A stretch of DNA of 64,000 nucleotides, taken from positions 139,998,001-140,062,000 of the forward strand of contig CM059431.1 of the NCBI GenBank assembly GCA_030390025.1, read 5' to 3'. The position numbers were made by a program, and so were the translations under genes. The stretch is from Squalus acanthias (Eukaryota). The notes under the pieces were generated by a model. The model was given only the letters and a program-made list of their open reading frames with translations, had not been told where the DNA came from and did not search any database. Below, piece after piece: positions 1 to 10,620 of this stretch; positions within the stretch are counted from its first letter, which is position 1, and every line of letters begins with the position of its first letter.

Positions 1-1333
1 GCCTGTGTCCAGTGGTGTACCGCAGGGATTGGTGCTGGGTCCCTTGCTGTTTGTAGTGTACATTAATGATTTAGATATGAATGTAGGAGGTATGATCAGT
101 AAGTTCGCAGATGACACGAAAATTGGTGGGGTGGTAAATAGCGAGGAGGGAAGCCTCAGGCTAAAGGAGGATATAGACGGTTTGGTTAGATGCCCAGAAC
201 AGTGGCAAATGGAATTTAACCCTGAAAAGTGTGAGGTGATGCATTTTTGGAGGACTAACAAGGCAAGGGAATACACAATGAATGGTAGGACCCTAGGAAG
301 GACAGAGGATCAGAGGGACCTTGGTGTGCATGTACATAGATCCCTGAAGGCAGCAGGACAGGTAGATAAGGTGGTTAAAGAGGCATATGGAATACTTGCC
401 TTCATTAGCCGAGGCATAGAATCTAAGAGCAGGGAGGTTAAGATGGAGCTGTACAAAACGCTAGTTAAGCCACAGCTGGAATACTGTGTGCAGTTCTGAT
501 CGCCACACTATAGGAAGGATGTGATTGCATTGGAGAGGGTGCAGAGGAGATTCACCAGGATGTTACCTGGGCTGCAGTGCTTCAGCTATGAAGAGAGACT
601 GGACAGGCTGGAGTTATTTTCCTTAGAGCAGAGAAGGCAGAGGGGGGACCTGATTGAGGTGCACAAAATTATGAGGGGCATGGATAGGGTAGATAGAAAG
701 GAACTGTTCCCCTTAGTAGAGGGGTCAGTAACCAGGGGGCATAGTTTCAAGGTAAGGGGCGAGATTTAGAGGGGATTTGAGGAAAAACGTTTTCACCCAG
801 AGGGTGGTTGGAATCTGGAACTCACTGCCTGAAAGAGTGGTAGAGGCAGGAACCCTCAGAACATTCACAGAATCCCCACAGTGCAGATAGAGGCCATTTC
901 GGCCCATCGAGCCTGCACCGACACATATCCCACCCCATCCCCGTAACCCCACGCATTTAATCCCCCCTAACACTAAGGGTCAATTTATCATAGACAAATT
1001 AACCTAACCCGCACATCTTTGGACTGTGGGAGGAAACCGGAGCATGCGGAGGAAACCCACGCAGACACGGGGAGAATGTGCAGACTCCACACAGGCAGTC
1101 ACCCGGGGCCGGATTCGAGCCCAGGTCCGTGGCGCTGTAAGGCAACAGTGCTAAACACTATGCCACCGTGTTGCCCTTCAAGAAGCATTTAGATGAGCAC
1201 TTGAAATGCCATAGCATACAAGGCTACGGACCAAGTACTGGAAAATGGGATTAGAATAGACAGGGCTTGATGGCCGGCACGTACACGATGGGCCGAAGGG
1301 CCTCTTTCTGTGCTGTATGACTCTATGACTCTA
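1..1333 (+). mobile_element. CR1-clade LINE, 3' part (RT C-terminus + 3' UTR), degenerate
   Basis: SGVPQG..LGPLLF..YINDLD...SKFADDTK RT motifs; ends in (ATGACTCT)n-like tail; near-identical to 48403-49440. Confidence 0.92.
868..1176 (-). mobile_element. tRNA-derived V-SINE (HE1-like) inserted in the CR1
   Basis: Minus strand starts GGGCAACACGGTGGCATAGTG (A box)...GCTCGAATCC (B box); V-domain; flanked by TTCA duplication (864-867, 1177-1180); absent from the sister CR1 at ~49265. Confidence 0.85.
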
Positions 1334-1529
1334 AAACGACACAAATCACACGGCAAAAATATCCATTAAAAGGTCATTAAACTCCCGGAGGAACTCCCGA
1401 ATGTTATTCCCTGAATCTTCTGAATCGGATCACTCACGTTAGGTTCCATTTGGACGGAAACCAGCTGCCCGCCGCCTCCAGGAATTGGCCATTCTAATTC
1501 TGTGACTGCGGCGAGTTTTGTTTGGGCGT

Positions 1530-2341
1530 TGTTAGATTCGAATTTGGAGAAACTCTAGACGGAGACGGAATTGAGGACAAGTTCAGAATTTATTAAAATA
1601 AACAAAAGACTTGTGCACAAGGGAGAGCCACTCAGCTTCCTCAAGCTAGGGGCGCACTCTCTGAGGAACAAGTAATGGTTCATTCAAGTTATACATTTCT
1701 ATAAGCACCGCCCACTTACTACAGAATGGGGCGTACACGTACAAACAGTGTCACTACAGTTACTCTCTATTGGTTATATGGTTAGTCACTCAACTGTCGG
1801 GCCCTCCCCTTGAACCCTGACCATGCCAGTCACAGATGTTGGTTGCCTCATCCTACTCCCCAAATTCTTGCTGTTATCTCTTCCTTTGCGGGCATAGTTT
1901 ATAGTTTGAGAAAACATATTTTATCCCTGGCTGTCGGACAGAGCGGGGTGGCTCAAGGCCGTAATGGCTTGGATGCTCAGTGACTGGAACCGTGTTGGTC
2001 ATTAATTGCTCCCTTATCTCTTGGGCGACCAGGTTCGAATAGTAGATGTACCCACCGTGCCTGGAACTGTGTTGGTTGTTAATTGCTCCCTTATCTCTTG
2101 GGAGGCCAGGCTGTGCTTTGACAATGGCTCTACTGAGGTTGTGAATACATATATCCCAAGGTTTGATAAGGGGAGGGAGGCACCTTCCAGTCTACAAATA
2201 TGCCTTAATTAGCTAAACCTACTATCCGAAATAAGTAGAGGGTAATGTAGTCAAGTATCCCAGCATTCTTTGGGAACAAGCAGGATCCTTCAGTAGTAGT
2301 CAAGTATCCCAGAGTTCTTTGGGAACAAGCTGGATCCTTCA
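1530..2341 (-). repeat. 3' LTR of ERV-A (812 bp)
   Basis: Direct repeat of 7824-8634; on the minus strand CCAAT (~1770), TATAGAA (~1700), AATAAA (1594-1589); ~49-bp tandem duplication at the U3 start. Confidence 0.95.
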
Positions 2342-2343
2342 GT

Positions 2344-2361
2344 CCCCCCTTCCAATCCCCC
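2344..2361 (-). promoter_or_regulatory. Polypurine tract of ERV-A
   Basis: GGGGGATTGGAAGGGGGG then AC immediately before the TG of the 3' LTR; conserved in ERV-B (~16121-16138). Confidence 0.85.
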
Positions 2362-2687
2362 GAAAAGGACCCTTGAAGGGGGTTGGAGAGTGTGCTCTCT
2401 ACGCTAAATAGTGTGATAAGCTAGTGAGTGTATAATATGTCAGAAACGCATATAGGTTTTTCCCGGATCAACTAGCACGAATGATGAAGGTTTACCTGTA
2501 ACCCCACCCAATTTATTCTATACTTCCCCCTAGGCCTTTGGCTATTCCAGGTAGGCCGCACATTCGTTGCATATGGTCTGGTGTGAGTCCTGTCGGGGTG
2601 GCCACCCGTCTAGGCACCAGGTATGCATCAGATGAGTGAAGTTGCTATTTAGGCATTCCCCGATTCATTATATGATTGCTTCATTAT

Positions 2688-4773
2688 TCATGCACATGAT
2701 TTCTCCAACAAGTTGTCAAAATCATCATCTGAAACACTTGGAGTAGGAGCAGTACAAGCATTAACAGTTTTAACCACTTGCTTTGCAATTTGTTTAGCCC
2801 GAGTCCGTTTACATTTCCTGCATGTCATACATAACAAGGTCAGGACAATTACTAACTGCACCACGACTAATACATATGAAATCAATCGGATCCATGGATG
2901 GATCTGTATATTTAGTCCCCAGTCCCAAATGTCATCCAGCCATGTGGTCACCTTGATCGCGCGATATCTTTCTTCAGATCCGTGTTCCGTTGTTGTAGAG
3001 TATAGTACACCTTCTGGGAGAGTCGTATCTCCTTTCGCAACTGCCTCAGGTGTTCGGGCAGGGGGGGTATAGGATACCCAAAGGTGTTGATGTAGTCCCA
3101 TAATCCATACTTGATGTCTTCAGACACTTGAAGAAAGGTAATATCAAACTGGTGTATGTCCACCAATTCCTCATGTCCAATCCGTACCGGAACTGCGGGG
3201 GTGAAGCAGAACTCTGAACTGGGGATGTTGCAAGTTAGATTGGCATACTCAAACGTTTTCAGGTTGGTCGTCACACAGTATTCGCCTTTGCCGGCGTACG
3301 CCACCTGGGTAGGCTTTGAGGCTGCGTCCAATGCTTCCATGGTGCAGTTAATTTCCATGCCTGTGTTATTAAAACCACATTGGGCTTGCGGGCTTTGGCT
3401 GATTGCATGCGGGCACATGATGATGGCATGTCTGGTGACACATCCCTCCAGCTTGGTACCCATCCAGTCTCCTTTCACCATCACTGCATAAGGTAATATA
3501 TTGTGGTAAGATATATGCATGCCATCTTTTAATATACCAATATTTTGTACCTGATACACCTCCCGCCCTTGTGTCTCTGGTGTCATTACCGGGACGACCA
3601 GAATTAGCCCCAGGAATCCCCCCCCCCGTCTGGTCTGCATTCAACCTGCGTGGGGAATACCCGTACCATGGCTCGGAATTGACAAACTGTCATATTGAGG
3701 CTACTTAAGAGATGTTTGGGTGTACCCGCCCCAGCGTGTCCACGAGTCAGGGTCCCTTTTAACTGTTGGTTGGTAATCCACAGGGGTACCTCCCCTGCCT
3801 GTATCTGTTCCAGGTTTTCTCGGGTTTGCTCCACTATCCAATTCCCATATGTGCTGCAAACGTCGTTTGCTGATGCCTGCTGTGAGGCATTGTATTCTTC
3901 TTTAATTAACTTATTTATAGTCTGTGCGTGTGTTTCTAACACAGTAGCTATATCCTGCAGGTATACGGTTAATATCTGGTCCTCCTTTAACTCTTGGTCC
4001 TCACTCTTATTTTGCTCTTGTAAAATAGCTTTAATGCGGGAACCCAGATCCCGGACCTTCTGATCTACGGTAGCCAGATCAATGGTGTTAACGACCGACG
4101 TGCCAGTGTTAAAAATCGTTGCTGCATCATTAACTAAAGACCTCTTACGTCGCCATACCCGCCGGCTTCCCTGTCTATATCCGCCTCCGCTACGATCCGC
4201 GCCTTGTTTCAATACCTGTGTTAGAAGGCGCTGGTATAACTGTTGGGTTTGTGGTGAGCACCAAGCAGGCAGGGCGGTGTTGGCCAGGTTTAGCACCACT
4301 GACACTAATTCATGACGCACATTATCATACAATATATCCCCAGTACGGGTGAACACCAACCCACTAGCGGGTCCCTCTTTCACGGGGGGGCAGGTCAGTG
4401 GCTCGCGCTCGGAGGGGAAAGGTGTTGTGGAAACCATTGGGGGCAGGGGTGTAGGGGGGGCACCCCAGTAGCAGTCGATAACCAGCGGTAGCCCGGGCTC
4501 CTCGTATTGTTCTATGATTCCGAAAGTCTGACATCTCTCTGAGGTAGGCGTGCATGAGGGGTCCCAGTGCCCCGCATTATTCTGACAGCATATCCTGTCC
4601 GTCTTCCCTGTGATTTTACTGGTACAAACTCCCCTGTGCGTTTTGTGTGGACCAGTAGTCATTTCACAGAAAAAGGGGGCTCCCGACCGGTCGACGCAGA
4701 ACCCCAGTGCCGTGATGGGTGTTGTTTGTTCACTGATCAGTATCCCTATCATTCCCATGATAAGCCACCCCAT
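2688..4773 (-). pseudogene. env: Envelope glycoprotein (class I fusion, F-protein-like), ~695 aa when joined, split by two 1-nt frameshifts (~3620, ~2960)
   Basis: Signal peptide MGWLIMGMIGILIS; furin site RRKR (4152-4141) followed by fusion-peptide/heptad region; Cys-rich block; Trp-rich membrane-proximal region; TM helix LISYVLVVVQLVIVLTLLC; ORFs 3604-4773, 2948-3640 and 2688-3101 overlap end to end. Confidence 0.88.
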
Positions 4774-4830
4774 GGTTATCCTATACCACCGCTAGGCAGA
4801 AGGAGTCCAATTTGTTTATCTGTCTCGACA

Positions 4831-5421
4831 CTAGCTTGTACAGTAGTAACTAGCAGGCTCTCTCTCTCTCTCTCTCTCTCTCCCTGTTTGTCCTGGTATT
4901 GGCCGTGTGCGCAGGGCTCGGAGCGGGGTTAGGGCTACTTCATATGTGGCATTGAGACGGTGGCCTTGTGACAGTGGCTCAATGTAACTTACCTGACTTA
5001 ACGTGATCCGGTAAGGGTTAGGAGCTGTCGGACGGGGATGGGTGAAGACAGGTTGCACTGTCCTCCTTCGGAGGTAGGAGGGTCTATAATAGGGAGTGGA
5101 TATCCCCTGGGGAAGGTCCTCCAGTCCCGACACCAGCGGTTCCCAAAGAGCAGCTGTATCTCGGAACCGGTCTGTCTCCCCTGCACGGGGTAGGGTGAAT
5201 AAAAGAGTCTGAGTTCTGTTGGGATGTAAAGCGAGGGGTCCGGTGGCCCTACCACAAAAGGGAGATAACCGGAACTCTAGAGTCAAGGGGTGAATCCCGG
5301 GGAAGGTTAGAGTCGTATAATAATGTGAGTTCGCGGGATCCCTGGTTAAGTCGAAAGCCTGGACCGTAGAAAGGTCGACATCCCCGGTAGTGGTGGCAGT
5401 ACTGAGGTCGGACCCACTCAT
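4831..5421 (-). CDS. Retroviral accessory ORF of unknown function (196 aa from the ATG at 5421)
   Basis: Open frame; ATG directly follows a canonical acceptor (TTTTACCTGTCTCTTTCTTACAG|ATG); homologous disrupted copy in ERV-B. Confidence 0.6.
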   Translation of the reverse strand: MSGSDLSTATTTGDVDLSTVQAFDLTRDPANSHYYTTLTFPGIHPLTLEFRLSPFCGRATGPLALHPNRTQTLLFTLPRAGETDRFRDTAALWEPLVSGLEDLPQGISTPYYRPSYLRRRTVQPVFTHPRPTAPNPYRITLSQVSYIEPLSQGHRLNATYEVALTPLRALRTRPIPGQTGREREREREPASYYCTS

Positions 5422-5944
5422 CTGTAAGAAAGAGACAGGTAAAATAGCAACCCGAGGAACCGACTTAATGCTTTGAAATCCGGTCCTGATCAAGTATAGG
5501 GGAGAAAAAGGCAGGTCAATACTTGTTTTTATTTCTTTTTAATTGTAAAACGAACACAACAGATATGTCTTTAAAAGGGTTGACAGCTTAAAAGGGTTAA
5601 CAGCTTTTAGCTCTCTGTACCAAAAGGTGGGTGGAGCTAACAGATACAACAGACATTTCCTCAAAAGGGTTAACAGCTTTTAGCTCTCTGTACCAAAAGG
5701 TGGGTGGAGCTAACAGATACAACAGGCACCCTTTTTAAAACAGACTTTCAGACCAAGGAAATACCGTAACTTCTTAGAGTTTATAGTCAGGAAACTTTCA
5801 CACAGACTTTCACACAGACTTACAGACAGACTGAGATCTCAGCATTCCCTTTAAGATTCCTTTCGCTCAGCAAATTCTGGATTTTACTTTTTTTTTTATT
5901 CTCCAAGAGGTGGGGAAATCTCTTCCCCGGGCCCCGTCACCGGC

Positions 5945-7212
5945 TTAGTCTGGCTCCATTTTAATACCCCCGGGTGCCGTGGTGGACCAGGGCAGAGAAG
6001 CTGGGGTGAGTCCTTGACAGGAGGCATGAAGGTCTGTCTGGTGAAGCCCAAAGTGTCGACTAGCCCACTCCCGGATTCCGGCCTCCGTGGGCTGGTGGCT
6101 GGCCCCCATTCGGAGGGCGGTTTGGTAGGGCTTTTCCAGCCCCTGGAGTAGATTATCTAAGAACCGTGGGTCGTCATGATTAGCGGGAATGTTATTCGTC
6201 TGGCCCCAATGTTCATACTGCTCGATTACTCGATCAATGTACACATTGGGGTTTTCTCCGGGACTCTGGCGCAGGGCGGTGAGCCCCACCCAGGTAGCGG
6301 TGCCGTTGCCCAGTCCAGCCTGCGCCCAGGTTTTTAAACCATTGAATTGGATCTCATACTCTGCTACCGTGGCTGGGACATTTAAGACATGGGGTCCCAA
6401 TGTCTCATAAACCATAGAGGGACATTTTACCTCAATAATATCTTTTATGTCTTGTATGGACAAATTAAAGTGCCGAGCAGCACTTCGTATTTTTGCCCAT
6501 ACTTCGACGTTAGGATTGTATCTTTTGAGGTCGGGAATGAGGAGGATGACGCTGGATCTCTCCTGGGGCGTAAAAGAATGAGCCTCGCCCATCATACCCC
6601 GTCCACCTATCTCTGCGTTTTGGGCTCCTGCTGCCGGATTAACTCGGACGGGGGCCGTGGGGTTGGATTTTCCTGCCCCAGACTGAAGCGGTAAGGTGGG
6701 ATAGATACTTGTGTATTCGGGGGGGCACGTGGGTTGGATGGCTTCAACTCGTTGAACCTTTACGGTCCCCGATGGGGGCCGGGGTTCTAGGATCGGTGTG
6801 TCTCGAGTCTCCTTTTGTAGAGCCTCAACAATGTCACCCCAGTTTTTCAAATCGTCTAGATTCTCAGTCCCTGGCGACTTAAGGTGCAGGAGATTGCTAA
6901 CTTGGACTTTAGCCTCCTGCATAGGTCTCAAGAATCCTTGAAACGGGGTCGGTCTTCCCCTCTTATCCACGATTATAGATCCCATCTGATCCATCCAACT
7001 AGTACACAGAACCGCCCCATACTTAGCTTGTTTGTTTTTTTTTGTTCCGCCCACCACTTTATTTGGTCAGCTACTGAGCTTGTTTCTTTCCACCCCTTTT
7101 TAACCATTTCACTCTGAAGTTTCAAATTAGCCTCTCGGACCTGTTGAACGACAGTGACACTGGTGGCCATAGCCGGAACGTCGGGTGAAAGAGATCTCCC
7201 CTTGTTTCCCAT
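5945..7212 (-). pseudogene. gag: Gag polyprotein (~422 aa when joined), 1-nt frameshift at the T9 run 7035-7043, C-terminally truncated (no CCHC)
   Basis: MG N-terminus; PPEY, YPTL, PTAP motifs; MHR-like LRQSPGENPNVYIDRV; ERV-B homolog reads through the frameshift site (EQKDGKQAKYG). Confidence 0.85.
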
Positions 7213-7789
7213 GTGATCCATATTAATAGTCACGTGTATTCTTATACTCTATCTTATACTTTAATCGGCACAAGCGACACAAACTTACACTCTAAACAGA
7301 CTCTAACTTAAATCCCTCCGGGTCGTCACCCGGTATTTTGCGTACACTTAATCGTCACGGGATCACGATCCTGTGGTGTTTTAGTTCTCTACACCTACTT
7401 GATCCTGGCCGTCACGTGGGGCCCAATCGCCCTCTTAATTCAGGCTCAGGCTAGGTGTTTGAGATAGACAACCACCCTTGTCCGTGTCGATCACCCGTGA
7501 CTCTCAAGGATCCAATCTTATACTTTAAATCAGAAATATACACTTATCACCTTATACTCTAAATCAGAAAAAAACCCCACTTATGTCTAATCAATTCCGT
7601 CAGTCCGGTCTCCGTGAGGAATAATTTAAGTTGTGGGTACTTTTATACTGACTGAACCATAAACGGTTTTAGCCCCACCGGTGACGAGCGAGTCCTTGTT
7701 CCTCCTAAAAGCCTTACTCTGGCTTTTCCCTTAGGACACAACATGGTTCTCGCTTTAACCGTCACTTCCAGTGTCTTTAACTCCTATGG

Positions 7790-7802
7790 TCCTTACCTGC
7801 AG
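7790..7802 (-). promoter_or_regulatory. Putative major splice donor in the ERV-A leader
   Basis: CTGCAG|GTAAGG just downstream of the PBS; conserved in ERV-B (~23023-23034). Confidence 0.6.
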
Positions 7803-7803
7803 T

Positions 7804-7821
7804 ATCCCACTTCTGACACCA
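7804..7821 (-). promoter_or_regulatory. Primer binding site, tRNA-Leu(CAA)
   Basis: TGGTGTCAGAAGTGGGAT, complementary to the 3' 18 nt of vertebrate tRNA-Leu(CAA), 2 nt after the LTR end. Confidence 0.88.
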
Positions 7822-7823
7822 AC

Positions 7824-8634
7824 TGTTAGATTCGAATTTGGAGAAACTCTAGACGGAGACGGAATTGAGGACAAGTTCAGAATTTATTAAAATAAACAAA
7901 AGACTTGTGCACAAGGGAGAGCCACTCAGCTTCCTCAAGCCAGGGCGCACTCTCTGAGGAACAAGTAATGGTTCATTCAAGTTATACATTTCTATAAGCA
8001 CCGCCCACTTACTACAGAATGGGGCGTACACGTACAAACAGTGTCACTACAGTTACTCTCTATTGGTTATATGGTTAGTCACTCAACTGTCGGGCCCTCC
8101 CCTTGAACCCTGACCATGCCAGTCACAGATGTTGGTTGCCTCATCCTACTCCCCAAATTCTTGCTGTTATCTCTTCCTTTGCGGGCATAGTTTATAGTTT
8201 GAGAAAACATATTTTATCCCTGGCTGTCGGACAGAGCGGGGTGGCTCAAGGCCGTAATGGCTTGGATGCTCAGTGACTGGAACCGTGTTGGTCATTAATT
8301 GCTCCCTTATCTCTTGGGCGACCAGGTTCGAATAGTAGATGTACCCACCGTGCCTGGAACTGTGTTGGTTGTTAATTGCTCCCTTATCTCTTGGGAGGCC
8401 AGGCTGTGCTTTGACAATGGCTCTACTGAGGTTGTGAATACATATATCCCAAGGTTTGATAAGGGGAGGGAGGCACCTTCCAGTCTACAAATATGCCTTA
8501 ATTAGCTAAACCTACTATCCGAAATAAGTAGAGGGTAATGTAGTCAAGTATCCCAGCATTCTTTGGGAACAAGCAGGATCCTTCAGTAGTAGTCAAGTAT
8601 CCCAGAGTTCTTTGGGAACAAGCTGGATCCTTCA
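7824..8634 (-). repeat. 5' LTR of ERV-A (811 bp)
   Basis: By eye differs from 1530-2341 only at ~7940 (one substitution + 1-nt indel). Confidence 0.95.
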
Positions 8635-8715
8635 GCGTGGTCACAAACGATTATTCTCAACATCATGTTTCCACGTTGGGACTTTGAGGGAATAATTCAA
8701 CATGTTTCAGCTCTG

Positions 8716-10130
8716 ACTAGCTCAACTGGACAGGGATCACCGCGCCAAGCACAGCTGGACAGAAAGACCCAGGGACTAGCTCAGCTGGACAGGGATACCC
8801 AGGGAATGGCACAGCTGGACAGAGATACAGAGGGACTAGCTCAGACGGACAGGGATACAGAGGGACTAGCTCAGATAGACAGGGATACCCAGGGAATGGC
8901 ACAGCTGGACAGGGATACAGAGGGACTAGCACTACTGGACAGAGATACCCAGGGAATGGCACAGCTGGACAGGGATACCCAGTGACAAGCACAGCTGGGC
9001 AGAGATACCCAGGGACTAGCACAGCTGGACAGAGATACCCAGGGACCAGCTTACTGGACAGGAATGCCCAGTGACAAGCACAGCTGGAGAGAGATACCCA
9101 GGGACTAGCAGAGCTGGACAGGGATACCCAGGGAATGGCACAGCTGGACAGGGATACCCAGGGACTAGCACAGCTAGACAGGGATACCCAGGGATTGGCA
9201 CAGCTGACAGATATACCATGCGACTAGCACAGCTGGACAGGGATACCCAGAGATTTGCACAGCTGGACAGGGATACCCAGGGACTAGCTCAGCTTCACAG
9301 GGATACCCAGGGACTAGCTCAGATGGAGAGGTATAGCCAGGGAATAGCACAGCTGGACAGCGAATCCCAGTGACTAGCACAGCTGGACAGCGATACCCAG
9401 TGACTAGCACAGCTGGACATGGAAACACAGTGACTGGCACAGCTGGACAGAGATACCCAGGGACCAGCACAGCTGGACAGGGATACCCAGGGAAAGGCAC
9501 AGCTGGACAGAGATACCCAGGGACTGGCACAGCTGGATAGGGATACCCCTGGAATAGCACAGCTGGACAGATACCCAGTGACTAGCATAGCTGGACAGGG
9601 ATACCCAGGGACTAGCTCAGATGGAGAGGGATAGCTAGGGACCAGCACAGCAGGACAGAGATACCCAAGGACGAGCACAGCTGGACAGAGATACCTAGGG
9701 ACCAGCACAGCTGGGCAGAGAAACCCGGGGCCAGCAGAGCTGGACTGAGATAACCAGGGACCAGCACAGCTGGACAGAGATACCCAGGGACCAGCACAGC
9801 AGGACAGAGATACCCAGGGACTAGCACAGCAGGACAAAGATACCCAGGGACCAGCACAGCTGGACAGAGATACCCTGGGACTAGCACAGCTGGACAGGGA
9901 TACCCAGGGACTAGCACAGCTGGACAGAGATACCCAGGGACTAGCACAGCTGGACAGAGATACTCAGGTACTAGCACAGCAGGACAGAGATACCCAGGGA
10001 CCAGCACAGCTGGACAGAGATACTCAGGGACTAGCTCAGATGGACAGAGATACCCTGGGACTAGCTCAGATAGACAGAGATACCCTGGGACTAGCACAGA
10101 TGGGCAGGGATACCCTGGGATTAACACTGC
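8716..10130. repeat. 30-bp minisatellite (CTAGCACAGCTGGACAGAGATACCCAGGGA)n
   Basis: About 47 tandem units with 30-bp period. Confidence 0.95.
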
Positions 10131-10429
10131 ACTTTTACTCGTGTTTATAGATTGTTTCCGAGGTCCAATTGTGATTTGAGTTTTCATCAGTATTAACCGG
10201 TCCTGTCCTCTCCAGGGGAGTGTTGTGTATTTTTAAAGGGTATGTATTGCAATAAGGGGGCATGAGATTGTCAAATTTCCTCTTTCATTGTCTGCTAATT
10301 GACACTAGCTATTTCTCTCTGGTGTTTAAAACCGCGTATACGTTTCAGGTCATTTACCTGTCGGTTTACATATTCCAGACTGCATAATGCATTCCTCCCG
10401 CCCCCACTCACACCCACAAACACACACTT

Positions 10430-10620
10430 CTAGGAGATGTCCCAAAGCGCTTTAGAGAGGTGTAATCAAAAACATGGATACCAAACACAAAGATGGAGCG
10501 AGTAAGAGGGGTGACCAAAAGACTGCTCAAAGATTTCGGTTTTAATGAGTGTCTGTAGGGAGGTGAGGGAGGGGTGAAGGTGGAGGGGTTTCGGGAGGGA
10601 GTTCCAGAGCATGACGCCTA
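10430..10620 (-). mobile_element. L2-like LINE 3' fragment
   Basis: Resembles the L2-type 3' ends at 12560-12990 and 35460-36030. Confidence 0.5.

Larger units (their letters stand above)
1530..8634 (-). mobile_element. Endogenous retrovirus ERV-A (LTR-gag-accessory ORF-env-LTR; pol deleted)
   Basis: Two near-identical TG...CA LTRs, TSD GCGT (1526-1529, 8635-8638), PBS, PPT, gag and env ORFs. Confidence 0.95.

Noticed and set aside
2006..2212. Identical 68-aa ORF in both ERV-A LTRs
   Set aside because: Antisense, non-ATG start, spans an internal LTR duplication that ERV-B lacks; identity reflects LTR identity
1530..8634. Classifying ERV-A as a foamy virus or a Ty3/gypsy retrotransposon
   Set aside because: Gag has an MHR and the PBS is Leu, unlike typical spumaviruses; env, late domains and the retrovirus-like integrase in ERV-B argue against plain gypsy. 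Final placement needs a phylogeny
8665..10187. Repetitive ORFs (AQLDRDTQG / PGYLCPAVLV)
   Set aside because: By-products of a 30-bp minisatellite; they are broken by indels and occur on both strands
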